This document shows positions 18,061-28,552 of a DNA stretch of 54,882 nt, in pieces. The notes below the pieces were generated by a model. The model searched no databases. It was not told the DNA's origin and saw only the letters and a program-made list of their open reading frames with translations. A program made the translations under genes and the position numbers. Source of the DNA: an uncultured Mycoplasmatota bacterium (GTDB taxonomy: Bacteria > Bacillota_I > Bacilli_A > RF39 > UBA660); assembly GCA_947576095.1 (NCBI GenBank), contig CANPPW010000004.1, positions 1 to 54,882 on the forward strand, read 5' to 3'. Positions within the stretch are counted from its first letter, which is position 1; each line of letters starts with the position of its first letter.

Positions 18061-19167
18061 TTACTTAGTTACATTAAAACGAAAAGTACATATATCACCA
18101 TCTTGCATAATATAATCTTTTCCTTCTAATCTCATTTTACCTGCTTCTCGAACACCTTTTTCACTTCTATAACTTTTTATATCTTCAAAACTCATTACCT
18201 CTGCCTTAATAAAACCTCTTTCAAAGTCTGTATGAATAATACCCGCACAAGCTGGTGCTTTCATACCTTTTTTAAAAGTCCAAGCTCTAACTTCATCTGT
18301 TCCTGCTGTAAAATAAGTCTGCAAACCCAAAAGATCATAAGTAGCACCTATTAACTGATCCAGACCACTTTCTTCAATATTCAAATCTTTTAAAAATTCT
18401 TTTTTTTCTTCATCAGATAATTCTGCTAGTTCCGCTTCAATTTTAGCACAAACAACAATGACCCTAGCCCCTTCTGCTTTAGCATACTCCTCTACTCTTT
18501 TTGTATAATCATTTTCTCCTAATAAAAGATCTTCTTCTGCCACATTTGCCATATATATAATAGGTTTTGCTGTAATAAACTGAAATGGTTTTATTAGCTT
18601 TTTTTCTTCGTCAGTAAGCTGCATTTTTCTTACAGGATGACCTGCTACAAGAGAATCTTTTATTTTTTCCATCAACTCATATTCCATTTTAGCTTCTTTA
18701 TCTTTAGATAAAACGGCTTTTTTACTGACCTTTGAAAGTCGATTTTCTACAATCTCCAAATCTGATAAAATCAGTTCAAGGGCGATTACCTCTATATCAC
18801 GTATAGGATCGACTGTATCATCCACATGAATAATATTAGAATCATCAAAACACCTTACAACTTCACAAATGGCATCTACTTCTCTAATATGTGACAAAAA
18901 TTTATTACCAAGTCCTTCCCCTTTACTTGCCCCTTTTACTAGTCCTGCAATATCTGTAAATTCAAAAGCAGTAGGAATGAGTCTTTCTGGTACATACAAA
19001 TCATTTAAAAATTCTAGTCTTTGATCAGGAACAGTAACAGTTCCTACATTAGGATCAATCGTTGCAAAAGGGTAATTTGCGGCTAATATATTTTTTTTTG
19101 TAATTGCATTAAATAAAGTTGACTTACCTACATTAGGAAGTCCAACAATCCCTGCTGTTAATGCCAT
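18061..19167 (-). CDS. ychF: Redox-regulated ATPase YchF
   Basis: GIVGLPNVGKSTLFNA, ANYPFATI, DIAGLVKGASKGEGLGNKFL. Confidence 0.98.
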   Translation of the reverse strand: MALTAGIVGLPNVGKSTLFNAITKKNILAANYPFATIDPNVGTVTVPDQRLEFLNDLYVPERLIPTAFEFTDIAGLVKGASKGEGLGNKFLSHIREVDAICEVVRCFDDSNIIHVDDTVDPIRDIEVIALELILSDLEIVENRLSKVSKKAVLSKDKEAKMEYELMEKIKDSLVAGHPVRKMQLTDEEKKLIKPFQFITAKPIIYMANVAEEDLLLGENDYTKRVEEYAKAEGARVIVVCAKIEAELAELSDEEKKEFLKDLNIEESGLDQLIGATYDLLGLQTYFTAGTDEVRAWTFKKGMKAPACAGIIHTDFERGFIKAEVMSFEDIKSYRSEKGVREAGKMRLEGKDYIMQDGDICTFRFNVTK

Positions 19168-19430
19168 AATATCACTTCCTTCTTGTTTATTATAACATTT
19201 TTGGTAAAAAAAGGACACTTGTTATGCCCTTTTAAATAAAACTTATAACTTTTTATATTATTGTACCTCAAATATATTATATGATGCATTAATCTTACTC
19301 CCTATATTTATAGAGTATACTGATAATATTTATAATAAAAAAGAATGTAATTTATCAACATTCATTTCATTCTCACTTAGAAATTGACATATACACCTAA
19401 TTCAAATGGTTTTTCCTTTTTGTTTCTCAT

Positions 19431-20156
19431 TTATCTTTTCATAAAAGGATTGCATCGTTTCATAATACTTTTTTCTCCTATATAGAGAAAAGGTCCATTA
19501 GAAGATCTAGCATACATTTCAGCTAAAAAGGCACCTCTCTTTGCTTCTAGTTTATCATCATCTACTAATTTAGCTATATTTGCTGGTTTTTTAGAGATAA
19601 TTTGAAAATCATCCATATTTAACTGATTTATATCTACTGGATAAGATAAAGCACTTGATAATTGACATTCAATAAAAGCTTTAATTGCAGATCCTTCTAT
19701 ATAATAAGGACTATTTACACCCTCATGATACAAATTGAATTTTTTTGAAGGCACTATATGAGAAGAATGAAGTTTCATACTTCTTTCAATCTTTTGACTA
19801 GCATTTTCTACTAAATCCTCTAATTGTCTAAACGGATCTTCCCGTAAATCATTGGGCAATTCACTTTGCTGTTTTATTTGTGAATTTAAAACTTGCTCCA
19901 ATTGTTTATAGGCATTCTGTTCTCTTCTCCTTTTTAGTTCCTCCGCTCTTGCTTGCCCTATTTTAAGAGCTTCATTATCTCTATCAGCTTTATTTTTTCT
20001 ATCAGCTTCATTTAAAATTTTTTGAGCAAAACCTATAGCCTCTTCTGCCATAAGCTGTGCTTCTTCTCCATTTAAAACTTCTTCTAAAGATTCATTTGCT
20101 TTATTTTCTTTTTCAACTTCTCCTGTATTTTTTCTAAAACGATCAAACAATCCTAT
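19431..20156 (-). CDS. Hypothetical coiled-coil protein, possibly decaying
   Basis: 239-aa ORF; the RBS spacing points to ATA-GGA-TTG-TTT (a (M)GLFDRF-like start) rather than an ATG. Confidence 0.5.
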   Translation of the reverse strand: MGLFDRFRKNTGEVEKENKANESLEEVLNGEEAQLMAEEAIGFAQKILNEADRKNKADRDNEALKIGQARAEELKRRREQNAYKQLEQVLNSQIKQQSELPNDLREDPFRQLEDLVENASQKIERSMKLHSSHIVPSKKFNLYHEGVNSPYYIEGSAIKAFIECQLSSALSYPVDINQLNMDDFQIISKKPANIAKLVDDDKLEAKRGAFLAEMYARSSNGPFLYIGEKSIMKRCNPFMKR

Positions 20157-20284
20157 TTTTATTCACTCTCCTAACATAATAATATCACAAAAAATAAATT
20201 CATAACAATTAAAAGGTCTCTTATTACAAAAAAATTAAAAGTGTAAACAAAAAACAGACATAATGTCTGCTTTAAAATTATTTT

Positions 20285-21802
20285 TTAAAGTGTAGTAACG
20301 CCACCAATCCCTAAAGGAAGACCTATAACATACCATCCAATAATAATTAAAATCCATATACCTAGCATTAATAAAACTATTGGCAACATAATATTGATCG
20401 TTCCAAAAATTGTTGTTTTCGTTTTTATATTCGTATCATATTTTTCCAAAAAAGCCAAAAATACTATAAAATACATAAAAATAGGTGTCATTGATTTTCC
20501 AATACCATTTATTGCCTCAAATATAAATTGGGTAAATTCAGGGGTTATATTAGCTCTCATAAAAAGAGGAACTAAAATAGGGGAAGATAGACTCCATTTT
20601 TCTACAGTACCAGGTACAATCAAACTCATAAATAAAATAATAATAATCATAGAAAAAATCAAAGGCATTCCAGAAAATTTAGCCTGACTTATAAGAGAAA
20701 TTAAATTTGATGAAATGACTTCCCCTAAATTGGTCCAATTCAAAATTCCAATCATCTGAGACGTGAAAAACATTAAAACAAATGCATATCCAAGTTTATT
20801 GAAACTTTTTGATAAACCAACACTATAGTCATTACTATTTTTAATATTTCCTGATACTTTTCCATAAATATAACCACATATCATTAGCATCATCGTAATA
20901 ATAAAAATAATGGAACTCTTAAAAGGAGAATTCTCACTTAAAAGTTGCGCTACATAAATATTTTCAGTTTTATCTAATAAAAATCCACCACCTGGGATTG
21001 CAGGAGTAATAGAGTAAACTAGCAATAAAAGCATTAAAATAAAAGTAAAATTACTATAAACAAGAGCATGTTTATTAGTCTTTATATCTTCTAGGGATTC
21101 TTTCTCTATCTTAGGCAATTTAGGAATTAAAAATTTCTGAATAAAAAAGGTTCCCACAAATGTCAATATAAATGTACTAATTATCATGATATAAAGTGTC
21201 GAAAAAGGATTGAATATATAACCTTTATCCACTTCTATACGAGCTGCAGCTTGTGTAAGTATTCCAAGAGAAATGGTATCATAATTGGGTACAAATCCAC
21301 TTGCATATCCACAAGTAAGACCAATAAATGTTGTAAAAATACCTAATAAAGGATTTTTACCAATATAGTGATAAATAACCCCAACCAGTGGTAATAATAA
21401 TGCAAAACTGTATTCCCCTATAATTGTAGAAATCATACTAATAAGTAAAGTCAAAACTATAACAATTGATAATTTTATTTTACGTAATGGAGAAAATATC
21501 GTCTGAAACAGACCACTTTTTTCTCCTATACCTATACCTATTAAACTAATAATAACTAAAAATAATGGCTCAAATAAAGCAAAATGAATCGTTGAATAAC
21601 TAAATAAGTAAGTAAGTCCTTCTAAAGAAAAAATATTTTTAACAGTTACTACAGAAGTCTCTAAATAACCATTCACAATAGCAGTTTTGTCTCCTCTAAT
21701 TTGTAATACAGAGAATAATAAACTAAGTAAAGCAACAAAAAGTGTAATAATCATAATTGTGAAGACAGGACCTAACGAAATTTTTTGTTTTTTCTTTTTC
21801 AT
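20285..21802 (-). CDS. abgT: AbgT family transporter
   Basis: 505 aa multi-TM; VKNIFSLEGL, FEPL..IGIGIGEKSGL, KW...PILVP, TPIFMYF. Confidence 0.85.
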   Translation of the reverse strand: MKKKKQKISLGPVFTIMIITLFVALLSLLFSVLQIRGDKTAIVNGYLETSVVTVKNIFSLEGLTYLFSYSTIHFALFEPLFLVIISLIGIGIGEKSGLFQTIFSPLRKIKLSIVIVLTLLISMISTIIGEYSFALLLPLVGVIYHYIGKNPLLGIFTTFIGLTCGYASGFVPNYDTISLGILTQAAARIEVDKGYIFNPFSTLYIMIISTFILTFVGTFFIQKFLIPKLPKIEKESLEDIKTNKHALVYSNFTFILMLLLLVYSITPAIPGGGFLLDKTENIYVAQLLSENSPFKSSIIFIITMMLMICGYIYGKVSGNIKNSNDYSVGLSKSFNKLGYAFVLMFFTSQMIGILNWTNLGEVISSNLISLISQAKFSGMPLIFSMIIIILFMSLIVPGTVEKWSLSSPILVPLFMRANITPEFTQFIFEAINGIGKSMTPIFMYFIVFLAFLEKYDTNIKTKTTIFGTINIMLPIVLLMLGIWILIIIGWYVIGLPLGIGGVTTL

Positions 21803-21811
21803 AATAACCTC

Positions 21812-21997
21812 CTAATATGTCACAATTTTCTTTACCTTTTTATTAAAATCAATTCTGGGAAGCATAATTTGTCTTCCACAATTTATACACTTTATTTTAA
21901 TATCAGCCCCACATCTTGTAATACTCCACTCATTGGTTCCACAAGGATGTGGTTTTTTCATAATCACAACGCTTCCAATACGATAATTTTTATCCAT
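21812..21997 (-). CDS. DUF951 family protein (YyzM-like)
   Basis: MKKPHPCG.NEW.I.R.GADIKIKC..CGR. Confidence 0.92.
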   Translation of the reverse strand: MDKNYRIGSVVIMKKPHPCGTNEWSITRCGADIKIKCINCGRQIMLPRIDFNKKVKKIVTY

Positions 21998-22781
21998 TAT
22001 GAACCACCACCTGTTTATATGGAATGGAAATTTGGTGGAATTCAAGCATAACTTTTACTTTTTTACGAATTTGTCTTTGCACTCTATAATGGGTCATAGG
22101 TTTACATGGTGCGACTATCCGAAACAAAATGCTTGAATCATCTAGCTGTTCTACTCCTAAAACTTCTATTTTTCCAGTTAAATCTGCTATTTCCTTACTT
22201 AATTTTGAACAAATCTTTTTTAAAATTTGCTCCACAGAGTCTGTATCTTCTTCATATCCCACTGGTATATCCACAATTGCCATACTATCTTTCATACTAT
22301 GATTTATAACTTCTGTTATATATCGATTTGAAATAATTTTTACATTTCCAGTATATGCTTTTATCTTAGTTGTTTTCATACCTAAGGAAATAACCTCACC
22401 TGTAAAATCACCTATTGTAACATAGTCTCCTAATTTATATTGATTTTCAAATAGAATAAAAACACCTGAAACAAAATCCTTTAAAGTATCTTGTAGAGCA
22501 AGACCAATTACAACACCAACAACACCAAGTGATGCCACAATGGTTTTAGTATCAATTTTGAAAACTTCTAAAATTAAAAGAATATCAATTAAAAGAATCA
22601 AATATTTTGTAATATTATTGATTAAGACTAAAATTGTTTTGTGTTTATTTGTATCACCAAAATTAATCTTAGATTGTACAATTTTCTTAGTAATTCTCTT
22701 AAAAAGGCCATAAATTAACACAGAAATAGAAACAATTAAAATAGGAGCAATAACTTCTTTGATTAATATTTTATCTAGCAT
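21990..22781 (-). CDS. mscS: Small-conductance mechanosensitive channel
   Basis: GVVGVVIGLALQDTLKDFVSGVFILFE...GDYV. Confidence 0.92.
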   Translation of the reverse strand: MLDKILIKEVIAPILIVSISVLIYGLFKRITKKIVQSKINFGDTNKHKTILVLINNITKYLILLIDILLILEVFKIDTKTIVASLGVVGVVIGLALQDTLKDFVSGVFILFENQYKLGDYVTIGDFTGEVISLGMKTTKIKAYTGNVKIISNRYITEVINHSMKDSMAIVDIPVGYEEDTDSVEQILKKICSKLSKEIADLTGKIEVLGVEQLDDSSILFRIVAPCKPMTHYRVQRQIRKKVKVMLEFHQISIPYKQVVVHNG

Positions 22782-22785
22782 ATTA

Positions 22786-23670
22786 TCATTCCTTTACATC
22801 TAATATTTCAAGGATTCTATTTAAATCGGCTGTGTTGGTAAAAGAAATTTCTATTTTATTTTCCTTTATTCTAATTTTACTATCCAACTTATCTCTAAGT
22901 AAATCTTCCACGTATTTATATTCATTATACTTAGGTTTTCTTTCTATTTTTACTTTTTTAGGAACATCTTTCTCTTCCGTTAGTTTTTCTATTTGTCTAA
23001 CTGGTAATTTTTCTTCATTAATTTGATTTGCAAATGCTAAAATTTGCTCTTCATTTTCTAATTTACTCAATACTCTTGCATGACTCATACTGATTTTCCC
23101 ATTACTTACCATTTCTTGAACTTGATTAGGAAGCCTTAAAAGACCTAATATATTAGTTATATGAGTCCGACTTTTTCCCACCTTTTTAGAAAGCTCATCT
23201 TGTGTAAGCCCTAATTTTTCTAACATAGAATGATACGCCAAAGCTTCTTCTATTGCATTTAAATTTTCTCTTTGCAAATTTTCTAAAAGAGCTATTTCCA
23301 TCATTTGTTCATCTGTAAAATTCCGAATAATTGCAGGAATTTTAGTAAGACCAGCTAATTTAGAAGCTCTAACTCTCCTCTCGCCTGCAATAATATCATA
23401 TCCTTTAATACTTTTTTTCACAATGATTGGCTGAAATACACCATGTTCTTTAATAGATGAGGCAAGTTCCTTTAAAGGTTCTATTTCAAATGTTTTTCTA
23501 GGTTGATACGGATTGGCTCTTAGTTCTGCTAGTGGTAATTCAACTATTTCCTCATTTGTTGCACTTTCATAAATTCTTTTTTCAACAGAAGAAATACTTT
23601 CAATATCTAAATTATCATTATTAAAAAGTTGTTCCAATCCCCTACCTAAAGCCCTCTTTTTATTCTCCAT
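22786..23670 (-). CDS. parB: Chromosome partitioning protein ParB/Spo0J
   Basis: ALGRGL, NPYQPRKTF, IAGERR, ENLQRENLN. Confidence 0.97.
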   Translation of the reverse strand: MENKKRALGRGLEQLFNNDNLDIESISSVEKRIYESATNEEIVELPLAELRANPYQPRKTFEIEPLKELASSIKEHGVFQPIIVKKSIKGYDIIAGERRVRASKLAGLTKIPAIIRNFTDEQMMEIALLENLQRENLNAIEEALAYHSMLEKLGLTQDELSKKVGKSRTHITNILGLLRLPNQVQEMVSNGKISMSHARVLSKLENEEQILAFANQINEEKLPVRQIEKLTEEKDVPKKVKIERKPKYNEYKYVEDLLRDKLDSKIRIKENKIEISFTNTADLNRILEILDVKE

Positions 23671-24445
23671 TTCTCTCAATCACTTCCTTAGCTAAATTTA
23701 AATATGCTTCTGTCCCTCTACTTTGTGGATCATAAGCAATAATAGGTTTCCCATGACCTGGTGCTTCCGATAGGCGAACAAGTCTAGGAATAATTGTATC
23801 ATATACACGCTCTTTAAAAAAACTTTTTATATCTTCTACTACTTCAAGACCTAAATTAGTTCGATTATCTAACATTGTTAATAATACGCCCTCAATATCT
23901 AATTTAGGATTGATTGTTTTTTGGGCAAGCATAATGGTATTTAATAATTGCATAATTCCCTCTAAAGCAAAAAATTCACACTGAACAGGAATAATAACAG
24001 AGTCTGATGCAGTTAAAGCGTTACTTGTTAAAAGTCCCAAAGAAGGAGGACAATCAATAATAATAAAATCAAATACTGTTTTCGCTTCCTCTAAGTATTT
24101 CTTGAGTTGCCCATTTTTCTGAAACCCATTATTGCCTCTTCCCATTTCCATAAGCTCAATATCCGCTCCTGCCAAATTAATAGTGGCAGGCATAACATAT
24201 AAATTTTTGAACTTTGTCTTTATAATAGCATCACTCAAATGGCAACGATCTGTGATTAAATCATAAACACTTTTATCGATGTCAGCTTTATTAATTCCTA
24301 CACCTGTCGTTGTATTACCTTGCGGATCCAGATCCACTAATAACACTTTTTTCTTAAGTGCACCTAAAGAGGCTGCTAGATTGATACTAGAAGTTGTTTT
24401 CCCAACGCCACCTTTTTGATTTACAAGTGCTATAATTTTTCCCAT
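23660..24445 (-). CDS. parA: ParA/Soj ATPase
   Basis: NQKGGVGKTT, DLDPQGN, DCPPSLG. Confidence 0.97.
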   Translation of the reverse strand: MGKIIALVNQKGGVGKTTSSINLAASLGALKKKVLLVDLDPQGNTTTGVGINKADIDKSVYDLITDRCHLSDAIIKTKFKNLYVMPATINLAGADIELMEMGRGNNGFQKNGQLKKYLEEAKTVFDFIIIDCPPSLGLLTSNALTASDSVIIPVQCEFFALEGIMQLLNTIMLAQKTINPKLDIEGVLLTMLDNRTNLGLEVVEDIKSFFKERVYDTIIPRLVRLSEAPGHGKPIIAYDPQSRGTEAYLNLAKEVIERNGE

Positions 24446-24615
24446 ACTATCACCATCTCTAATTCCTACTTAACATATATCATTTTATCATATATAAACA
24501 AATAAATCTATATGAATTGTGATTCTTTCTAAAAACAAGAATAGAAGTATAATTATTATTATAGAAAGAAAAAATATAAATAAAAGATGAACTCTTTTAA
24601 CAAAAAAAGGCTATA

Positions 24616-25485
24616 TTACCTTTTTATTTCACCTTCATCATTTTTCTTTATAAAGTTATCATAAATTAGCTTGCTTATTTGTCCACCAATTTCTATGCCT
24701 TTATTATCAAAATTATATCTTAAATCATCAAGATTTGATATAAATATAGATATAATATAATCACCACTTTTTGTAGATATTATTCCACCATCATTACGAA
24801 TGTTTTTAACATTATTATCTTCCCATACTATTCCACCAGATTTAGAAGCAATATAGTTAATATTGCTAGTATCATCCCCCATTAAAACCATATCTAATGG
24901 CGGTAAGTATTTTTCAATCATATCCCTATGCTCTTGCCTTTTTAATATATTTAAGCAATTATCGGATACCTCTTGATTCACTATTTCTCCATTATATAAC
25001 ATTTCAAATACTCTAGCATACTCATATGGCGTAGTTGTAGCAAACTCCAAATATTTTGGGAGATTTATCTTATGTAATAATCTAGTATTTTTAAAACCTA
25101 GTTCCTGAATCGTTTTATTTATATTATCAATTCCCAAATAATCGATTAATGTATTAGTAGCAATATTATCATTTTCTGTTATCATTAATATTGCATAATC
25201 TTTGGTTCTAAATTTCAATCCATAATCAAAATTTTTAATTATCCCCGAATTCGATCCAGGAATATTATCCATCTCAGTATATTCAAAATAATCATCTTTA
25301 CTTATTTTACCTTCATATAATTGTTTAAAGTATTCAATTAAAATAAATGTTTTTATACAACTTGCAGTTTCAAATATGGCATTCTCATTATATTTAATTA
25401 CATTATCATGCATATCTGTAACGTAGATTCCAATATCATATTTACAACTCTCGATTATATTTAATATTGTTTTTTCTAAGTTCAT
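24616..25485 (-). CDS. Class A beta-lactamase-like serine hydrolase (no signal peptide)
   Basis: SxxK (ASCIK), SDN-like (NDN), TTP, KSG, RNDGG motifs. Confidence 0.85.
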   Translation of the reverse strand: MNLEKTILNIIESCKYDIGIYVTDMHDNVIKYNENAIFETASCIKTFILIEYFKQLYEGKISKDDYFEYTEMDNIPGSNSGIIKNFDYGLKFRTKDYAILMITENDNIATNTLIDYLGIDNINKTIQELGFKNTRLLHKINLPKYLEFATTTPYEYARVFEMLYNGEIVNQEVSDNCLNILKRQEHRDMIEKYLPPLDMVLMGDDTSNINYIASKSGGIVWEDNNVKNIRNDGGIISTKSGDYIISIFISNLDDLRYNFDNKGIEIGGQISKLIYDNFIKKNDEGEIKR

Positions 25486-25678
25486 ATTTTCACTCTTTCT
25501 CTATACTACTATACCATAATTTGTATAAATTCACCTTAACAAAGTTAAATTTTAAAAAAAACTTCATAATAATTAACTAGAATATTGAAACATTGGTTGC
25601 TTTTTATTTATAAGAAATTACAAGTTTTTTTGTAGGCTACGACGTTAGTTTCATTTACAATTTACTATTCTTGCATAC

Positions 25679-25704
25679 AAAAAACCCGTAAATTCGGGTT
25701 CTTT
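25679..25704 (-). terminator. rplM-rpsI terminator
   Basis: AACCCG/CGGGTT stem with a T-tract. Confidence 0.75.
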
Positions 25705-25726
25705 GGAATATTGAAATCCATACTTC

Positions 25727-26143
25727 TTAACGTTTTGAAAATTGTGGTGCTCTACGAGCAGCTTTTAGACCTGGTTTTTTACGTTCTTTAATTCTTGCAT
25801 CACGTGTAATAAATCCACATTTTTTCAAAATATTTCTATAACTTCCTTCGCTTCCTTCATTTTCAATATCATATGAAAGTAAAGCTCTAGCAATTCCAAG
25901 GCGAATAGCTCCTGCAGCTCCAGTGAAGCCTCCACCTTTTACTTTTACATCAATATCAAATGTTTCTTCATTTCCTGTAGCAACAAGAGGTTGTTTTAAA
26001 TCCATAATATTAGTTTCATAAGGAAAAAATTCCCTTACATCCACACCATTTACAGTGATTTTTCCGGTTCCTGGTACCATTCTTACTTGTGCAACAGATG
26101 TTTTTCTTCTACCAGTTCCTATAAAAATTCTATCTTTTTTCAT
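25727..26143 (-). CDS. rpsI: 30S ribosomal protein S9
   Basis: [25 protein letters not shown]. Confidence 0.98.
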   Translation of the reverse strand: MKKDRIFIGTGRRKTSVAQVRMVPGTGKITVNGVDVREFFPYETNIMDLKQPLVATGNEETFDIDVKVKGGGFTGAAGAIRLGIARALLSYDIENEGSEGSYRNILKKCGFITRDARIKERKKPGLKAARRAPQFSKR

Positions 26144-26153
26144 TTAAATCCTC

Positions 26154-26588
26154 CTATTTAATTTCTAACTCTTTAGGTTGTTGTGCCATATGTGGATGTT
26201 CACTTCCTGTATAAACAAATAATTTTTTATACATTTGTCTACCTAATCTTCCTTTTGGAAGCATTCCTTTTATAGCTCTTTCAACCATTTCTACAGGATA
26301 TTTTTCTTTCATTACTTTTGCAGTTCTTTGTCTAAGTCCACCAGTATAACCACTATGATTATAATAAATCTTATCATTTAGTTTATTTCCTGTAAGATTT
26401 ACTTTTTCAGCATTTACAACAATGATATTGTCACCACAATCTACATGTGGTGTAAATGTTGTTTTATGCTTTCCACGTAAAATATGTGCAGCTTTGCTAG
26501 CTAATCGACCAAGATTTACATCTGTAGCATCAATCACATACCAATCACGTTTTACTTCTTGCTTTTTTTGCATGTAAGTATTTTTCAT
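26154..26588 (-). CDS. rplM: 50S ribosomal protein L13
   Basis: WYVIDA, LGRLAS, GKHK, GMLP. Confidence 0.98.
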   Translation of the reverse strand: MKNTYMQKKQEVKRDWYVIDATDVNLGRLASKAAHILRGKHKTTFTPHVDCGDNIIVVNAEKVNLTGNKLNDKIYYNHSGYTGGLRQRTAKVMKEKYPVEMVERAIKGMLPKGRLGRQMYKKLFVYTGSEHPHMAQQPKELEIK

Positions 26589-26599
26589 AATATTACCTT

Positions 26600-26660
26600 C
26601 CTTATCTACTATTCGTAAGTGGTCCCAACACTTACTTCTAGCGGGATATAAAATGTACCA
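26600..26660 (-). promoter_or_regulatory. Probable L13 ribosomal leader
   Basis: CCCG followed by a GUAAGUG/CACUUAC hairpin in the rplM 5' UTR. Confidence 0.5.
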
Positions 26661-26793
26661 TTTAAAATTCTACTAGAATTCTATACAATTGTCAATAAAT
26701 ATATAACACTTTATTATAAATTTCCAAACAAGTAAATAAATCAAACAAAACAATTCTTACTTTTATCTATTTTATTGCACATTAAAAACTGCT

Positions 26794-27012
26794 TTAAGCA
26801 GCTTTTTCTTCAGCATGAATACCATATTTTTTGTTGAACTTGTCAATATTACCTTTTCTTGAAACATTAGATTGTTTACCAGTATAAAATGGATGACATT
26901 TATCACATACTTCTAAATGTAATGCTTCTTTATTTGACTTTACTTCAAATTCATTTCCACATGAACATGTAACTTTTGTCGTTACATATGTAGGATGGAT
27001 ATTTTTCTTCAT
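26794..27012 (-). CDS. rpmE: 50S ribosomal protein L31 (Zn-binding type)
   Basis: IHP.Y, CSCGN, CDKCHPFYTGKQ. Confidence 0.97.
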   Translation of the reverse strand: MKKNIHPTYVTTKVTCSCGNEFEVKSNKEALHLEVCDKCHPFYTGKQSNVSRKGNIDKFNKKYGIHAEEKAA

Positions 27013-27053
27013 AGTCTCTCTCCTTCCGCCATGACCCTTTTGGCCATAGAAAT
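27013..27053 (-). promoter_or_regulatory. Probable L31 Firmicutes-type leader
   Basis: UUUCU-hairpin(AUGGCC/GGUCAU)-GGCGGAAGGAG over the RBS. Confidence 0.55.
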
Positions 27054-27169
27054 TTAATAGCTACTATAGTATAGCAACTTTTCAAAAATTATGCAACTAT
27101 TTTAAATATATTTTAAAAATACACATGTAACAAACCCTTCATCAAAAAGGCATACATGTGCATATTTAT

Positions 27170-27811
27170 CTAATCATTTCTTTTTCCTAATAAACGAATT
27201 AAATAAAGGAATAAATTAATAAAATCTAAATATAGTTGAAATGCACCATAAATAGGTAACTTTTCTTCATCAATTACATTACTTAATGTTTTGAGTTTTT
27301 GAACATCATAGGCTATATACCCTACAAAAATAACAATACCAATCATACAAATAACCATATCAAATGTACTATTTCCTACAAATAGATTGATAAGTGTCAT
27401 AATGATTAATGCAATTAGTCCCATAAAAATAATGGTTCCTATTTTGCTAAGATCTATTTTTGTAAAATAACCAAAAGCACCAAATATAGCAAATACAACT
27501 GCTGTTACAGCAAATACAAATAGAACTGAAGATAACTCAAATAAAAGGAAAATAGAAGCAAATGTAAGACCACTAACAAAAGAATATAAAGTATAACATA
27601 CAATTGCTGTGGTATATTTCATTTTTTGTATTCGTGCTGATAAAAATATAACTAGTAAAAACTCAACAACAAAAATAATCCAATATGCACTTGTTGAAAA
27701 AATATTATAGATCATATTCTCATTATTGCTTACATAAAATCCAGTTAAAAATGTTATCAAAAGTCCTAAACATAACCATAAAAATGTTTTAGAATACACT
27801 TTTGTATCCAT
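27170..27811 (-). CDS. Bax inhibitor-1/YccA family membrane protein
   Basis: About 7 TMs, IAYDVQK, LYLDFINLF. Confidence 0.92.
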   Translation of the reverse strand: MDTKVYSKTFLWLCLGLLITFLTGFYVSNNENMIYNIFSTSAYWIIFVVEFLLVIFLSARIQKMKYTTAIVCYTLYSFVSGLTFASIFLLFELSSVLFVFAVTAVVFAIFGAFGYFTKIDLSKIGTIIFMGLIALIIMTLINLFVGNSTFDMVICMIGIVIFVGYIAYDVQKLKTLSNVIDEEKLPIYGAFQLYLDFINLFLYLIRLLGKRND

Positions 27812-27842
27812 ACGTCACCTCCTTTTTTTATTATAGCATCTT

Positions 27843-28511
27843 TTATTTATGAAATAAAGTATTTTCAATTTGAGCATTTAATTTTTTAAAAATCTCTTGT
27901 TCTCCTACTCCATTTAAATCAATGGTATTTTGAATCATATTGTTCTTTATTTCATAAGAAACAAAATTGATTTTATATTTTTTTGCTGCTACTTTTAGTT
28001 TGCTATTCATATAATCAATAATATCTTGTGGAAACAAATTTTTGGGATTATAAATTTGTAGTAAAAAGATATCTTCTTTACAATACAAGCGAATTAAATT
28101 CAATAAATGATCCATATCATTCATAATTTCATCTGTATAATTATATAATACTTCCATATCTTTTTCATATGCAAATTCAGTAAACAAATCTACTCTTCCT
28201 ACATCAATCGATAATACATCTGCTTTGATAAGAGCATTTTTAATACTCTGTTCTTTATTATTGATCCGTATCGTTTTATTTTCTTCAATCATTTTGATAA
28301 AATCTGTAATTCTAAAATTAGATTGATTAAACTGAAAAACATACTTTTCTAACAATCCTTTTCTTTCCATGTTTTGCTTTACTTTAAAAGCATAATTATT
28401 TTCCTTTATATTAGTTGACAAAGATAGATAATATACTTTTTTATCAATTGTACTTAAATAAATTAAAAAAATAGAAAGTATAACAATAGAGACTACCAAC
28501 AATTTCTTCAT
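27843..28511 (-). CDS. Membrane-anchored degenerate SGNH/GDSL-like protein
   Basis: N-terminal anchor, ADVLSIDVG..D and IYNP blocks; catalytic GDS and DxxH are missing. Confidence 0.5.
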   Translation of the reverse strand: MKKLLVVSIVILSIFLIYLSTIDKKVYYLSLSTNIKENNYAFKVKQNMERKGLLEKYVFQFNQSNFRITDFIKMIEENKTIRINNKEQSIKNALIKADVLSIDVGRVDLFTEFAYEKDMEVLYNYTDEIMNDMDHLLNLIRLYCKEDIFLLQIYNPKNLFPQDIIDYMNSKLKVAAKKYKINFVSYEIKNNMIQNTIDLNGVGEQEIFKKLNAQIENTLFHK

Positions 28512-28552
28512 ATTTCACCTCAAAAAAAGTAGGGATATCCTACTTCATTATA

